Part shown: one piece after another, positions 46,982 to 61,907 of the stretch | Position numbering within the stretch: the stretch's first letter is position 1 | Layout of the letters: each line of letters starts with the position of its first letter | Source of the DNA: Chrysomallon squamiferum | Taxonomy: Eukaryota; Animalia; Mollusca | Length of the DNA: 64,000 bases | Direction of reading: 5' to 3' | Assembly (NCBI GenBank): GCA_012295275.1 | Contig: CM022670.1 | Location: 39,990,001-40,054,000, forward strand | Translations under genes and position numbers: made by a program | Notes under the pieces: generated by a model | Told to the model about the DNA's origin: nothing | The model's database searches: none | The model's input: the letters and a program-made list of their open reading frames with translations, nothing else

Positions 46982-49900
46982 GTTAATAAAAGAAATCGTT
47001 GTTAAATTGTTTGAAACAATGCTAGATTCTGTCGTAACAGATTTGTTTAGACGTAGGAACCCCCAAAAAAAACAACAACAACAACAAAAAAAAACCCAGC
47101 CCAGCCTGCCAGACAAGAGCCATGAATTATGTTGTTAAAATTTAATTTTTTTTTTTTTTTTTTTTTTTAAACTTCATTAGTTTTATTTATTTAGAGCAGA
47201 TTACTAAAAACATACCATGAAAAATGTTTTACTGTATTTATTTAATTACTTTTAAAGATTTTCTTCAAACTAATAACAATAAAAAGATAATTAAAACAAA
47301 TAAATAAATAAAAATAAATAAAACCAATGAAACCAACATGCTGTCCGATTTATTACATTAGTTGAAATTTATTTACTTATTTATTACATTTTTAAATTCA
47401 TTTATTCTATTTAAAATGACTTGGCTTGTAAGTGTAAAAAAGAAACTGATATTTACTTACTGCCTAACATTAAACCTAGCTGGTGCGTCATCGGGTATAC
47501 GTACGTATTTACTTTATTACTAATATAATATCAATTTAAATATGTGTGTCACGTTATCATAAAAAAGAAAATTAATTCAGGTGGATCTTTTATTCATTGA
47601 CAAACGCGGCTACCCCGCATTAGACCAGTTTCGCTTCAATTGGTACAGTAAACGGGGTATGTCCTTTACACGCATGGGAACCTGTCCCGCACACAACCAG
47701 CGATCTTTCAGTGACTTCAGTGAGACACATCTATCAAGTGAACCAGCTAAACTCGGCTAAAGTCGTTAAACATTTCGACCTAAATAATAATTAAAAAATA
47801 AGCTTACTGGAAAAAAATAAAAAATAAAATAATCCAAAAAACCAAAACCAGCTAAAAAACAAAAAAAAAACACAACCAAACAAACAAAAAACACTCTTAA
47901 AAACTAACAATTGTTAAAAGTTTAGAGTTTGTGAAAATACAACATTCACTGTAATTTCGGCGATCCGTGATCGTTCATGTTTTACTGACTTCAGACAAGA
48001 AATTTATATTTACCGAAACTTTGACCCGTCCCCCCCCATCTTTCCGAAATCCTGGATCCGCCTCTGCAGTCTACCTGAGTTCGTTACGGTTCACTGAAAT
48101 TATTATTTTTATGAGAAGACGCGGATCTTTTTCAGATGATTATCTTGTGTTTGTAGTTTGAAACGTGTACAGTTTCTCCTACGTTAGACACAGCTGTTTA
48201 AAAGTCGTGTTTAGAAGCGTGTTTATCTTCTGTGTTTTGTCCATTAATTTGTTTATCTCTTTTTATGTTTTTCTTTTTTTCTTTTAAATCTGAAATGTTG
48301 AATTTACTTTTGGTATCTGCTATAGTTTGGTGTCATTTTTGTTAAAACGTTTTAACATTTTTACTGACATTACTGTAGTGTATTGTTAATTCATGTGGAA
48401 GGAGATGTCCTTTGTTTGTTTGTTGTTTGTTTTTTTAAGGTTTTTTTGGCAGGGGGATGGAATTTTTGTTTTTTTTTTTTTGATTTTTGTTGGTTTGGTG
48501 TTTTTGGTTTTGGTTTTTTAACGTTAGCTCTTTCTTTTAATCTTCAAAACAAACAACAACAACAAAAAAAAAAAAAAAAAAAAAAAACATACGGGCTGTT
48601 AAACAGACAAACAGATATATAAATAAATAAAAACAACATAGCTGTTATTGCGTTATAAACAATGGAAGTATCAAATCAGCCGTGACTGGCTTAACACGAA
48701 AGGCTAATTTCATCTCAACAACATTCGGCATTTCTTCGTCATCATTTCACCGATTCTCAAACGTTGGGCTGAACACGTATTTAATTATCATGTGACGTAC
48801 ACAACGTTTTGTAATCGACCCGAACAAGCTCGGTTAACTGAACAACAGAACTATTCCTCGCTTTATCTGAACTCCTATCTAACCTGTAGGCGACAATACC
48901 TGACTAAACATGGCGACGTTGCTAGCGAGGTAACTGGTGAAAACGAACATCTACGTCGCCATAAAGCGGATTATCCCTAAGGCGGTGTATCAACGTTCGA
49001 TCAGCGAGCTAAACGCAACATAATTTCTTCATTAGAAAATCAATTATTTTGCTGATCTCGTTAAGATGTTAACAAAGATCCGTTTCGCGAACGTTCTGTG
49101 TCGGACGTTAGGTTACGTTGTCAGTAGGCATAAAGGTGAATGAATATACACCTTTAAATAAACAACCCCCATTCATTTCAGTGGTGTTTTCCAAGTAATA
49201 TTATTTGTAGCTTCGCTTAGACGTGTCCATTATTAACGGCCCTGTGTTTGAAAGCGATCGTTGAAACCAAAAGAGAAGAGAATTATAATAAAATAAACAA
49301 AAAAGAAAGAAATCGGTTAATATTGCTGTTTCTTAATCATCTGCAGTTGATCTTGAATTTTTGTAAGCTGATCATTTTACCTTCATTAGATAATACACTA
49401 CAGTTCAAACTACACCATATTCTGCACTGCCTTTCACACATTTTACATCATCCATTATATAAAGAAACAGGTTAATGTAAAATAAAATGAATAGATAATT
49501 AGTAACGATTATTGGGGATCATATATATGGATTTTGGGGAATGCTAATGATATAAGAATGGAAATTCTCTATTGCCATCCAAAAGTTGATCTTTCGATAA
49601 ACCACGATATATATATATATATTTTTCTTTTTATATATATATATAAATATCCATTAAGCCCTACGAACAAAAAAAAATTATAAAAAAATAAATAAATGTA
49701 GTCGTGCTACTGATAATGGGACTGTTTGTATATATTTGTAAATAACATACACATTAATATAATATCTATTTAAGCGGCTTTGTGCAAAAGTGATGACTTG
49801 AAATTATTACTAAAAGGTCGAAGAAAAAAAAAGATGAAAATGAAGGAACAAACGTACAAAAAAAAAAAAAAAAAAAAAAAAGAAAAGAATGATAGAATAA

Positions 49901-52900
49901 TGATAAAAGATATTTACCGAATGGAAAATAAACGCTTAATAAGTAAAAAATATATAATAAAAATAGTCACAGTACGTTGTTATTGACATATCTAAACCTG
50001 GAGACATGAAAAACCTGTTTTCAATCCGTTGGTTTTTTTTTCTTTCTCTCACCAAGCTGTCAGCACAAATATGTCATAATAATTTCGATTTATGTGCTTT
50101 GCCTTTTTTTGTGTAACACAAGAGTTACGCCATTAGTTGGCTTTACTTTCTTCGGGGTGAATTCTGTTGACCTATTAATGTTTATGGATTACATACATTT
50201 CCATAATCGTGATATAGAAATAAAAAATAAACGATAGTTTCGACATGTGAAAAAAACAAACAAAAAAACAACATCATCTAAAAAACGAAATAATTTTGAA
50301 TACAAATAAAATAAAATAAAATAAAAATTAATGAAAATTAATAAAACAAACATGTCCTTTCTACAGATGTTAAGTTAACGGTTGATTTTTTTTGTTGGTT
50401 AACGTTGTTGCTATTGTCCACGTTCGTTTAATAAATCAGAGTATGAAAAGCACCGCTGGGGATGTTTTTAACCGTTCAAAAACTTTTCAACCCACGTTAA
50501 AAATATCTCATTTGTCATCTGTGCCGAGTTTGTAGTCAGAAGTTCGCCCTCAGAGACACGCAATCCTGCCTTTTCAGTGATTATTACGTATAGCCTCGTT
50601 ACCATCACGTTACTTCCGGTATGGAACCTGCATTAAACCCCAAGTTCAGTTTTATGTGCAGACAGAGCTAAAACTAGGCTTTTTGAAAATATAGCTGAAA
50701 AAGGAAACAGTAAGAAGAATTTTATAAAAAAACTTTTAAGAATGTTAGACTGACCTTGAAGTAGGCTATACTGAACTTTAATTTATGTAGGGTAATTTCA
50801 GAACAGTTGTAGCGCCTCGTTATGATCGAGTGCTTAGTACTGAATACCCTACCTCTGGTAAAGAGGATTAATTGTAAGTTAAATCAGAACTTAAAAATTA
50901 AAACCTATTCGTTCATTTTTTTTCAGCCGCATCAATGTTGTGTGTCTCTTTGTCTTCGAGAAGATTCGAACCTTAAACTCCGCAATTATCGAGTCGATAC
51001 TTAGATCACGTGAGATCACCGATGGATTATTTATTACGTGTCCAACTTTCTTCCATTAATTAACTTAACGTTGTTTTTGTTTTACGAGGCCAGGCCGGGG
51101 CGGGTCTGGCAGGGGCGGGTCTGGCCGGGGCAGCTTCGCGATTGTTAAACAAACCGTTCAGAGCGGCTTGCTTTGGTTTTCGGGTGTCACTCGGTTTGGG
51201 ACGGACAACAAGTGGGTGCTTCGGCTTTCGTAAGTGAAAATTAATTGGCGTGGAAGTCGAGGTGAAAAGGGAAAACACACACATTCCAAATGCTCCTAGA
51301 ACAGAGACCTTTGACACGTGCAAACACGGCGGCGAAATAAAGTATGTGTGTGGTTTGTTGAACCGCGAGAAACCAAATAAAGAGAGAGATGAAAGAAGAT
51401 GTGTGTATGTGTGTGTGTGTGTGTGTCTAGATGTTGCCTTGACGTAAGTGTGTATACTGTTTCAGTACGCGGAATTTATAATACGGATTTGATAGTTACT
51501 TTTCTGAAGGAGTTTAATAAATATTTATAAATTTAAAAAAATCAAACTAACGAGATTTTTTATTAATATTTTTTAAAAACAACAACAAAAAAAAAAAAAA
51601 CCTGCCTCTGTTTTAATAAATGGGCGAAAATAAATAAATAAATAAATAAATAAATAAAATATTTTGTAGCAGTTTCTCATCACCTTCACAGTTTGAAGTT
51701 CAGAAAAGCGTGTTTAGCAAAAATTTTGCTGCATTTATTATCGTCTCCTATTAATAAAAAATGCACACAAGAAAATACAGAAAATCTTATTTACATTTTC
51801 ATTAGCACTTATTTAAATAATTTGCTTGCATGTCTATGACGCTATTCTATGCATTATTAATGCATTCATTTTTCAAAACACATTTATACATTTGTTCACG
51901 ACTTTATTCACACACGTTCGCCTTGCTAATGTAGTCTACAGTTTTCTTCTTCCACTAACTCTTAAAATCCATATTCGTATTTGCCTGCGATATATCGTGC
52001 ACTTAACATTTTCCCTGTATCGTTGATGGGCACGCGATTGTGTTAGGTTTTCAGCGAATATTTCTTTCTTTGTTATCTTGTCGATGTTTGCCAACACGAC
52101 ACAGATCTGTGTGACATATTACTTTTCTTCTTAAGATATTATTCAGGTCATGAAACATTTCTCCGCTACCTACATTGTAAATACAGATGATGATATATAT
52201 TACATTTTTTTATAGCCGAAGGTGGAGATAATAATATGCAGCGTTGGCGTGTAATATGATAATTATGTAGCTGGAAAGAATGTTTAATTTTGCGTGATTT
52301 CAATATTAACAACACAATATACAGGTTGGAAATCCGTTATCCGAAAACTTCTGAAATCCGAAAACCTCTGAAATCCGAAACGTTCTCCGAGCAGCAGACA
52401 TAGCGATATTTCAAAGTTCTCGGATTGTTTTGCATTCACTAGCATTATTTTATGCTACAAAATTATATAAAAACAATAAATTATTCGTATAAGATGTATA
52501 TGAAATTTAAATGGAATCCGTGTTTAGATTTAAATCCTATTCTCGGGTTATTTTCTTATATTCCAAAATCCGAAACGTTCTGAAATCCGACACATTTCCG
52601 GTTCCGAGCATTTCGGATAAAGAATTCTGAGCTTGTGTCAGATTTTGTCGTTTATACAATTTTTTTTTTTCACAAAGTGAATATGTAAACAACCAGGATT
52701 CCGAAAGTAATATTACAAATCTTTCTTAAGAACGATCTCGCTCAGGGAACGTTAATAATGAGATTTTGATGAAACAGTTAATCGAGTTAACTTATAAATC
52801 ACCAGTTCTTTTGTTTTTTTGAAGCCGCTCTTGTGACTCATTGCTATTTAAAGGAAGTACTTCCTTCTCTGAACCGTGTATCAATCGAAACACCCGAACG

Positions 52901-55900
52901 GCTGGATTTTTATTCAACGTCGTCAGAAACGTTTGTGACAAAGAGTTTTTACTGTTCTGTAAACAAACACTAGCTAAAAAGCTACTATTACAAGATTTAT
53001 TCATAGACACAGGAGCAGACGTGAAAAGATCAATATGCTGTGTTATTGACATCCACTCCATTGACACAGTAATGATGAATACACGACTGCTTAGCAATAA
53101 AGCTGCTCCAGTAAGCCGTACGCCAATACCTTCCAGAAACGGGACAGTGAAAATGGCCGAGATGTGGGTTTTAACCCTTTTTAAATTCCCCCTGAAGCAC
53201 TCTCTCGTGAAAAGAAAAGAAGCCGCTCTGTGAGAATGGCATTGTTCATCGAAACACATATATTTTGGTTTCAGATACTTGTCCGAATTTTTTAACAATA
53301 GTCTAACTTATTGTAAAAAAAAAAAAACAGAACTAGTTCTTTTTATAGCTATCTAGATTAACTTCATTGTCGTCGCACCCAACGAAATGTACATTCAAAA
53401 CAGCCAGTGACATATGAAACCTTAATGCGTGCAGATACAGAATGTGTAAACTAAACGATAAAAAGGTCTAACCTGTTCAGTTACCTGGGTAAAACATTAT
53501 TTCCCCCCCACCTTACTTTAGAGCGAGGCTCAGTAACTTTGCCTTGGGGGGAACAGAACACATCCCGGATTGTGCCCTACGTTAACAGTGAATGAATGTG
53601 AAGATAGAAATCTAATGGAATGTGAGACTGCGGCTGTTTGCGTAACATTTTTTCTGTTAAAGTAAGCTGGTAATGGGAAACGATCCGAGAATGTATTAGC
53701 GACGAAGCCAGCGGCTTTAGAAGTGCGCGAACTATCAGTACCATCGCTCTACGATTGTCTAGGTGACTCAGAGCATGTCGACTCACACAAGCATGTTTGT
53801 GAAGAAATAAAACGCGTGGTAAGATAAATATAGGCATGAATGCATACATACGGTATGTATAAAATATGTACTATGTTGTGGAAGGTCATTATTGTGTTGG
53901 CTTTTATTAAATTACAAAATGTTTATGATTTGAGATTAACGAACACATACACACACATACACACACATACATATACAACAAATAAATATATATAAAAAAG
54001 AAAAAAAAAAAGGAAAGGAAAGGAAGAAAATAGAAAAGAAAGTGTCAATAGCTTATTTATATTTAATATATATATACACACACACCTAAAAGAATAAAAT
54101 GACAAAAACATAAAATGATGAACGTATTAAGCAAGCGTGGTAGCATTACTCAATCTTGTCCCATATATTCAAAAGATTTCTGAACAAACACTGAGGACAA
54201 ACTCGCAGTAGATCAGAGTAAATTTACACTTGTTGTGGGCCAGGCGTCAAACAAACGATGATGCCTGACCTCGATATTTCATTTCTCTGCACACCGAACC
54301 AGTCTCGTTTCCACACCCAAATAATCCACATTCCAGATACGTTGATCTCCAAGAAACTGAACGGAGACAAAAGTCGACGAAATTTCTTCTTGCAAACTCG
54401 TAAATTTAAATCGTCTCAGATAATCACAACGTCGCTACGTCAATGTTTGCAAGCTTTTACAAATTCACATTAAATCATCTCAACTGGTTCTGGTTTGTCC
54501 TGTTTCGCAAAGTCCTTCTGCGTCCATCTTTAACAAGAGAGAGTCTTGCAGGGACCAGGATGGATGACGTAAACGTCGACGAATTCAGCGAGGCGAAAAA
54601 TCGTAGTGTTTTAGTTTCGACAAGCAGGAGTAGTCGTACACAAAACAATTGCAGATGTAGAGATATTAAAATAACCGGTGATGACCTCTACAACCTCTCT
54701 GACCTCAATCTAACCCCGATAAAACTGTTTTTTTGTTATAAAGAGAATTTCTATCTGCAGATCTGCGGATATTTGATTACTTATTGTTCTCCGGCTCGCA
54801 CATACAGACATTATTATTATTTTTTTTTTTATCGTTAATTTATTCCTTAATATTCAAATGTCTGTCTGACAGAAAATTCAAGTAACAACATGATCATTTT
54901 GTACAAAAACAAAAGATTAAAAACAAAAACAAAAAAAACCCCTGAAAATAATGCAGATATGCAGTATTCGTTATGACATCGAGTTTGTTTTCTTTTTAAA
55001 CACCCATTTCTTTCGTTAATTCCTAATCTGAATAAACCATATACAAATCTGGTTTCATAACCTAAGCACAATAAGGCCACAAATAATAGGATTCAAAAGA
55101 TACTACTAGGCTGTAATTAAAATATCTGGCAGGAACGCACCTCAAGGTTTTCTTCCAGTTCTCGTACAGCATGTTAAGATCCATGTTTCACTTTCACTGG
55201 CAGCTGTTGCTGCAGTATTTACTGACAAACCGGCGTCATCTGTCACCACCGCTTACAGAGATCGATCAGAAATCTAAACTGCTTCTTTTACTTCAGCGAT
55301 TTACAAATGTTTGTAAGCGAGTTGATTTCTTCTGGGCTTCTTAAGAAAGAGTGTTTAAATAACTTATTGTACCAAACAATATTTGAATCGGGGAGCCAGG
55401 TCGCAAAAGCGTTCTTACATACATTTACACACATTTATACACACACATGCACACACCCATACACACACACAGACACACATAAATTTACAGTCATCTTTAT
55501 CACCTTGTTCTAAAACAATCTACTCATTTAAAATCAGAACACAACTTTAAGGTTATATATATACATTTTTTTTTTTTTTTTTTAAATAACAGCATTCTTT
55601 GTACGACTGAAAAGCTTCAACAGACACGACGAAAAAAAAAAAAAAAAAAAAAAAAATGACAGTTACTGCTAAATTTCATTTTGATGAATAGACGTATCCT
55701 GTCTGTTTTATTTCAGTCAAGTGCAAAGTAAATACCCCACCCTTTCCTTTGTCAGCAGAGGAATTTATAATTGCTATACATTATATCCACTGTCTATACA
55801 TTAATGTCACTATGTATACTTTAATATCACTGTGTAGACATTAATATCGCTGTGTAAACATTAATATTACTGTCTGTACATTATATCACTATCTATATAC

Positions 55901-58900
55901 TAATATCACTATATATAACATATACGTTAACATCACTGACTATACTTTAATAGCGCTGTCTAAACTTTATATCAGTGTTGATACATTGATATCACTATAT
56001 ACATTAATACACACACACACACAGACATATCACATTACATTACTGAATCATATGAAAACCACTTGTACATTTATTTAGTCAAAGGCTGTAGTTGATTTAA
56101 ATTTTTAAAAAGGGGCTAGATAAACATTAATATTAACAAATTTCAGTATTTCCTAATTTTTAATGAACAGTAAATAAAACAGTTTAAACGTTTATTAAAT
56201 TTTTAACATTTTTGGCGTTTCTGAAGTGTACTTTTAAATCTCAATTATACAGCTTAATAATTATTATTCTAAAATTATGTAAGCTTTTTAAAAAGGAACG
56301 CAGAAGATACAAGGGCGGGCCTTTGTGTTTTTATTTTTTTATTTTTACAATTGTCTTCCTGACTGGAACAGCTCCGAGACATATAGTGAAGCAAAGATGC
56401 TGTGGAGCATGTTCTATTTGTCTAGTTGTTCCGTTTATTTGGATGTCGATTGTTCAAACACTCAGAGGAGACAGAGGGAACAGATTCGGCTCCGTGGTGT
56501 TGACGCCATATTCATAAACTTCACTGCCCGTTTCAACTCGTTTAAACAGACTGCACCAGTTACCAATACAAAACATCAGTATGTTTGTGATTCTTCTATA
56601 ACTACAAGATCACTGTTACCAATAAAACATCAGTACGTTTGTGCTTATTCAGTAACTACAAAATCACTGTTATCGATACTGTCAGTTTGTCAGTTATGAA
56701 ACATCAGTACGTTTGTACGTCTTCAGTAACTACAAAATCATTGTTACCGATACTGTCAGTTTGTCAGTTATGAAACATCAGTACGTTTGTGCTTCTTCAA
56801 AAACTAGAAAATCACCGAAGCATTGAAGTATTTGGAATGGGTTTTTAACTGGGTTTTTTTTTTTTTTTTTATCACATTCTTACGAAACGAAGGAACCGAC
56901 AGAGAATATATATCAGTTTAACAAGTCATGTGTAAAATGTATCCGTTTATGAATCAGATATCCGTTTCAGTCTGTTATCGAATATACGTGTCACGTAGTG
57001 TCAGATTAAAAATCTGCCGAACCGGCAGAAGAATTCGTTATAAAGGAAAAGATAAACAATTGTTTACTCTTTCAGCTGAAATATGCGTCTTTGTTAGAAC
57101 CAGTTAAAGGACAGTTCCTTCTATTTTAACATTCGCTATTATTTTGTTTACATCTTTCTTTGAAAGATTTCAAGCACAATAAATTGCTTATTTTGGAAAC
57201 ACGTTCAAGTTCATTAAACTTGAACAACAACATAGACAACAAAACTAAAAACTAAAAAAAAACAACTAAAAACTAAAAAAAAAAAAAAAAAAAAAATACT
57301 GTTTTACGATTATTTGTGTGAATTTGTTAACTCTATACATTAAATGATTCATTAAAGCAGACTTTGAACAACACATTAAAGCCAGGAACAACGAAGAGAA
57401 ATAATTATTTAAAGAAGCATTATCCAGACTTTGAAACGATTCGCACTGCTGACTTAATGGCAAACCATTATGGTCTAATTCATTCCCTTCTTGTTACTAC
57501 TTAAGTGTGTCCGTATTGACCAGTCAAGTTGTGTCCGAGGGTGTCCACATTGTCCAGGCAAGGTGTGTCTGTTGTGTAAAACCGCCCAGCCTTATCAGAA
57601 GCACATATTACCGGGTGGATGCAGTGTTTTCAAACAGTAATAATGGGTGCGTTAGGCCTTATCCTAAGACTTATATTACACATTATGGCTTTTTCGTCTT
57701 ATCGTAAGCTACTTCAAGTTCTGTTTATAGTCTCCAAAAGAACTATAATTTTGGCTTTGCTGTGTGAAGTAATTCTTGTTATTAAACACCAATACTATTT
57801 TCTTTCGTAAATCTGTAGCTGTTATGATTCATAATCAGAAAATGGTAACAAATATATAAACACTGTGTGTGTGGTGTGCGAATGTGTATATGGTCATACC
57901 TAAGTATGTATACACATAATCATCTTTATCTTTATATATGTACGTATGTTTGAATAATATTCGTATTTATACATATACCTTTAATTGTGTGTGTGTGTGT
58001 GTGTGTGTGTGTGATTTTGTACATTTGTTTCTGTCAGAGGATAACAAATGGTTAATATATTTTTATTACGCGAGATGTCAACAGATAAACAGAAAGCAAA
58101 ATGTGCCCTTCCTCGTTTTAAACTTATTCAGACTGCTGTAACAATAAACTTGTTTCACTGTAGCTTCATAACATAGCACGATCCAACTTAGGTTTCTGGA
58201 TTGTTTATTAAGATGTTGTTTATAAGGATGCTGAAGACGTTTATTTTATATTTATAAGAAATGAAAGTTAAATCTTACAGAAAGACATTTTATCAGACTA
58301 TAATTAGGAAAGTTATGTATATAAACAAGTACCAAACCCTTTATCCGCCAAACTGGTTTTCGAACAGTCTTCTATATTGTGAACCAAGTTTCAATATAAA
58401 ACAAGCTACGAAGTAAAGAACTGAACTGTATTTGACATATTCAAATCAAAACAGTTCTACAGCCTGTTTTCTTGAAGCAGGATAAATGATCTGGTGGTAC
58501 CTGTATTATACTTACAATGACACAACCACCCACCCAAACATTACCTTTCCTTTCTATGTGTCATCTGATATAAAAACAGGTGAAAATATTTTAAATAAGC
58601 AACAAAATCAAACTGGTACTGAATAAATTTTCAGACGAGAACAGTCTAATATTGGGTAGATGGATAAGATAAGCTTTACTTACAATGTGCGGAGGGAAAT
58701 GATGCTTATCCAGTTTTCTTTGGTACCTTCTCTGAAGCAGCTGGGCCTCTATGGGTCCTTTGATGTGCAAAGCATCCACGTCGATTCCATGCACCTTGTG
58801 ATAGTTCGGGTCTTGGGCGTAGTTTGAAGACGGCACCGTGAACGCTCTTTTTATGTGCATAGCTTGGTAATCAAGCTGAGGTCCTGGCACATCGTCTGGC

Positions 58901-59277
58901 AGACGTCTTTCCTGGGTTTTGGAAGAATTATTCCTGAACTGGGACTGCATGCGAACTGCCCTTTTGATGTCCACCGACTGATCGTCGATCCGAGCCCCAC
59001 CGATCCTGGGCACATGCGTCTGACAGTAGATTTCGCGATCATTGGCATCCACCTGATTTGACCAGTAATTCTTCAGGGTCAGAAAGAGCCCGCACGCGTA
59101 GCAGCTGAAGCAGGTTTTGTGAAAGACGACGTCGTTCACGGGACAGAAACGTTCGCTTTGGTAAACGGTGTCCTGACACCTCTGACACTTCTGTGAATTC
59201 GCTCCGTAAGGTACGAAAAGTGAAGACAGACTTCGACCACCTCTTTCTATCGAAGCCTGGTCGTCCGTAGCGGCCAT
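28476..59277 (-). CDS. Hil: Hillarin (LIM + coiled-coil + transglutaminase-like/KY-Cyk3 domain), ~1050 aa; single extra bases in exons 3 and 8
   Basis: Exons 59277-58684 (CQRC...HKTCFSCYAC...IYCQTH LIM domain), 40673-40452 and 34937-34706 (coiled coil), 33647-33447, 31925-31843 (TDLEKAR), 31263-31120 (AIYRWIT...TPMGLLRGIKYGTETYHVLF), 30924-30769 (NTWNAVLIDGDWRLIQCNWGAR) and 30004-28476 (YDEHYFLTDPDEFIQEFWP...). All GT-AG and phase-consistent after removing 1 nt at ~34760 and 1 nt at ~29465. Confidence 0.9.
33676..33845. repeat. (TAT)n microsatellite
   Basis: Long imperfect TAT run. Other (AAT/TAT)n runs at 6980-7041, 8912-8955, 25577-25642 and 36405-36489. Confidence 0.95.
52322..52635. mobile_element. 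pogo/Tigger-type MITE resembling Tigger4 (Zombi/MER46)
   Basis: Left end TA|CAGGTTGGAAATCCGTTATCCGAAA; right end TTTCGGATAAAGAATTCTGAGCTTG|TG (degenerate 25-bp TIR, TA target site with the right copy mutated). Subterminal aaatccgaaa repeats at both ends. Confidence 0.8.
55775..56010. repeat. ~22-bp minisatellite
   Basis: About 10 degenerate copies of tacattaatatcactgtcta. Confidence 0.8.
56560..56815. repeat. ~53-75-bp tandem repeat, 4 copies
   Basis: Repeated aaacatcagtacgtttgtg...cagtaactacaaaatcactgttaccgatactgtcagtttgtcagttatg. Confidence 0.85.
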
Positions 59278-61847
59278 TTGTCCGAAAGAAGTCAAACTTC
59301 AAAACAAAAACAAAATTAAAAAACTTCTTCTCCAAGACGACGACACAACAGTCGCGAACTCCGTGCTCCTCTCTCTACCTTACCTGTGTCTCGCTCTCAA
59401 CAGCGACTGCCAGAACAAGATCGACGTTTACAGAACTCGGAACTGAAAACATTCATTCTCGGCACGCCGCAATCCCTGGTGAAATTATGACGATGAAAAT
59501 AGTTTGTGCGGACGGGTCTCGTTACCTGGTCACTCTCGCTAAGTGTCCGGCATGTCCGCGGAAAGAATCTGATTTGTTGTTAAAACCACGGAACGTTCGT
59601 TCTCAACTCCTAGTTAACTGCTGAACTCCCTTCCATACGCACCACTAATCAACGATCCGCTTCGAATCATAATTCTGCACGAGTGTCTTTCCTTCTTTAG
59701 GTTATATTCTCACCTGAATAAACGTCGGACGAGTTTAAGTGTGATAAAAAAGGGGTGACAGGATGCCTACGTCTGACAATCTTTATCGCGGGTCTATTGA
59801 CTCATATTTTAAGTTTGAGGCGGCCCTGAGAAACAATCGATTTCTTTTTTATTTTTCCTGTTTTTTTTTTTTTTTTTTTTTTCCCTATGATATTTTCGCT
59901 TCAAACGTAATTAACTCTACATTTTATATCAGAATGTCTATTTCTATGCATCACGTGAATTAGTTGACAGATATGCGGGTCCCAACTGAAGGGAAAAAAG
60001 TGGTCGTATTTTATGTCGTCATAACAACAAGAGTAATGATCTGTATCTTTTAAAACATGTATCTTTGATGTGTAACGTTGAAACAATTAATATTCAGTAA
60101 CAGTCGACAGTGTTCCTAATATAGTAAATATTAAATATACATTTCTAAACAATATGTTACCGTACATTTTTAGTTCGGGATGTTGTTACTGATTTAATTT
60201 TAACATTCTGAAACACATCTGTCGCAGCAATTACATATGTGGAATATTTATGATTCACTTCACATATGCATTATTGGATTCTAGTACTGATTACACGGAA
60301 AGAAACTCAGTTTTAGTTATTACTAATTTCATATATTATTTTAATCTGGAAATGAATGTGTAAAAAGGAATATAGACTGGTATATATATATATATATAGA
60401 TCAATCCCTCTGTCTGTCTATCTACCTTTCTGTCTACCTGTCTTAGCTATCTCCTTGCTTACCACCCCGTACCTATCTACCTGTCTATCAATATCAACAA
60501 TGATCTTTGCCTATTTTGGTCCGTTTGTCGGTTTTTCTGACTGTCGTTTTTATTTGATCACTCGAGAGAACTTGATGCGCAACAAAGACTATGACGAAGG
60601 ACGATTAAGCTGTGAACTATTTTGCAAACATTACTAAATTTTAACACAATATTGTTTTTCCGGATTTCAGTTTATTCTAAGATTGACTTGTGGCGCATCA
60701 CGCATCTGTTTATTACGTCTGTGAACCAGTCTTATTTGACGAGGCGTTCTAGAAAATTCTGAAACTATTTGTAAAATTCGGAATCTGAAGGACTTAAACT
60801 GAACTGAAAAGAGATTTACAATGCATTTTTGTTTCTTAAAAAATGCTATTTACAGATGGAAAAAAAAATAATAATAATAAAAAATAAATAAATAAATAAA
60901 TAAAATAAAATAAAAAATAAAAAATAAATAAAAAATAAATAAAATAAAATAATAAAAAAATAAATAAAGGAAATAAAGAATATTTAATTTCAAGGAAAAA
61001 AACGTTTCTAATTATAGATTATTTGCAAACTTAGCTAATCAAAAATAGTCAAGAAATAAGTTATAAATCAAGGCAAAATGTTTACCGATGTGTTTTTGAT
61101 GAGAATAACAATTACTAAGTGAAGTCAGTAAACTAATACTGTTTTACACTTTGCTACAATGTGTATTTTACTTTTAATTAACAGCGCTTTAATGCAATAC
61201 AAGATTAACAAGTACGTTTTATTTAATTCTAAATTTTGCTACCTAGCTGTCCTCTATTGTTATCAGAATGTTATCTGTGTAATGATATCATCTAGTATCT
61301 ATATTAAATTTAACATTAGCCCTTTTTAATTTTACATAGTGTAATACTCTATTTATAGCACAGCTATATTCTAATGTGTATAGAATCATATATTACAGGT
61401 GCTGTAATATATTGTGACATTTACTTCCAGGATTTAATCTTAACATTTTATTCAATATTACGTACACTATATTAATTCGTGAAGTACCCGATTTTCATAT
61501 CTGTGACATACTGTTGTAATTATTTCAGCGTATCGGTATAATTGTTATACAGTATTAATCCTTGTGTAATATTATGTTTACTACACTGGTCTGCACTATT
61601 GGGTATTGATATACGTAAACTGTTCATTATTCCCACCAGGGTTATTGACCCTGTCATTTAATGTGAAGCAATATTTATGCGTTCTTACATGATCTTACTT
61701 AGATTATCATAAACTTAGTGTATGATTTCATTTCTGATCATCTCTCAGAACATACAATAAAATTTGGTTCAGCTGACTGTAGCTCTTTGGCTAGATTTAA
61801 GCTCTGGGCGTAATAGGTCTCAGGTAATATATAATCATATATGTGTG

Positions 61848-61852
<5 letters not shown>

Positions 61853-61906
<54 letters not shown>
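61853..61906. repeat. (TG)n microsatellite
   Basis: Perfect dinucleotide run. (CA)n runs also at 18843-18915 and 37653-37697. Confidence 0.95.

Positions 61907-61907
<1 letters not shown>

Noticed and set aside
48025-48068. ctggatccgcctctg, resembling a common invertebrate DNA-transposon terminus
   Set aside because: No matching opposite end was found nearby, so element boundaries cannot be supported.
52792-53298. Overlapping 168-aa and 130-aa ORFs in hillarin intron 1
   Set aside because: Non-ATG starts, no recognisable domain and no convincing splice sites. Consistent with chance ORFs.
56560-56815. Regularly spaced repeats resembling a CRISPR array (also 7150-7355)
   Set aside because: The intervening sequences are homologous rather than unique spacers, there are no cas genes and the context is eukaryotic. 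These are ordinary minisatellites.
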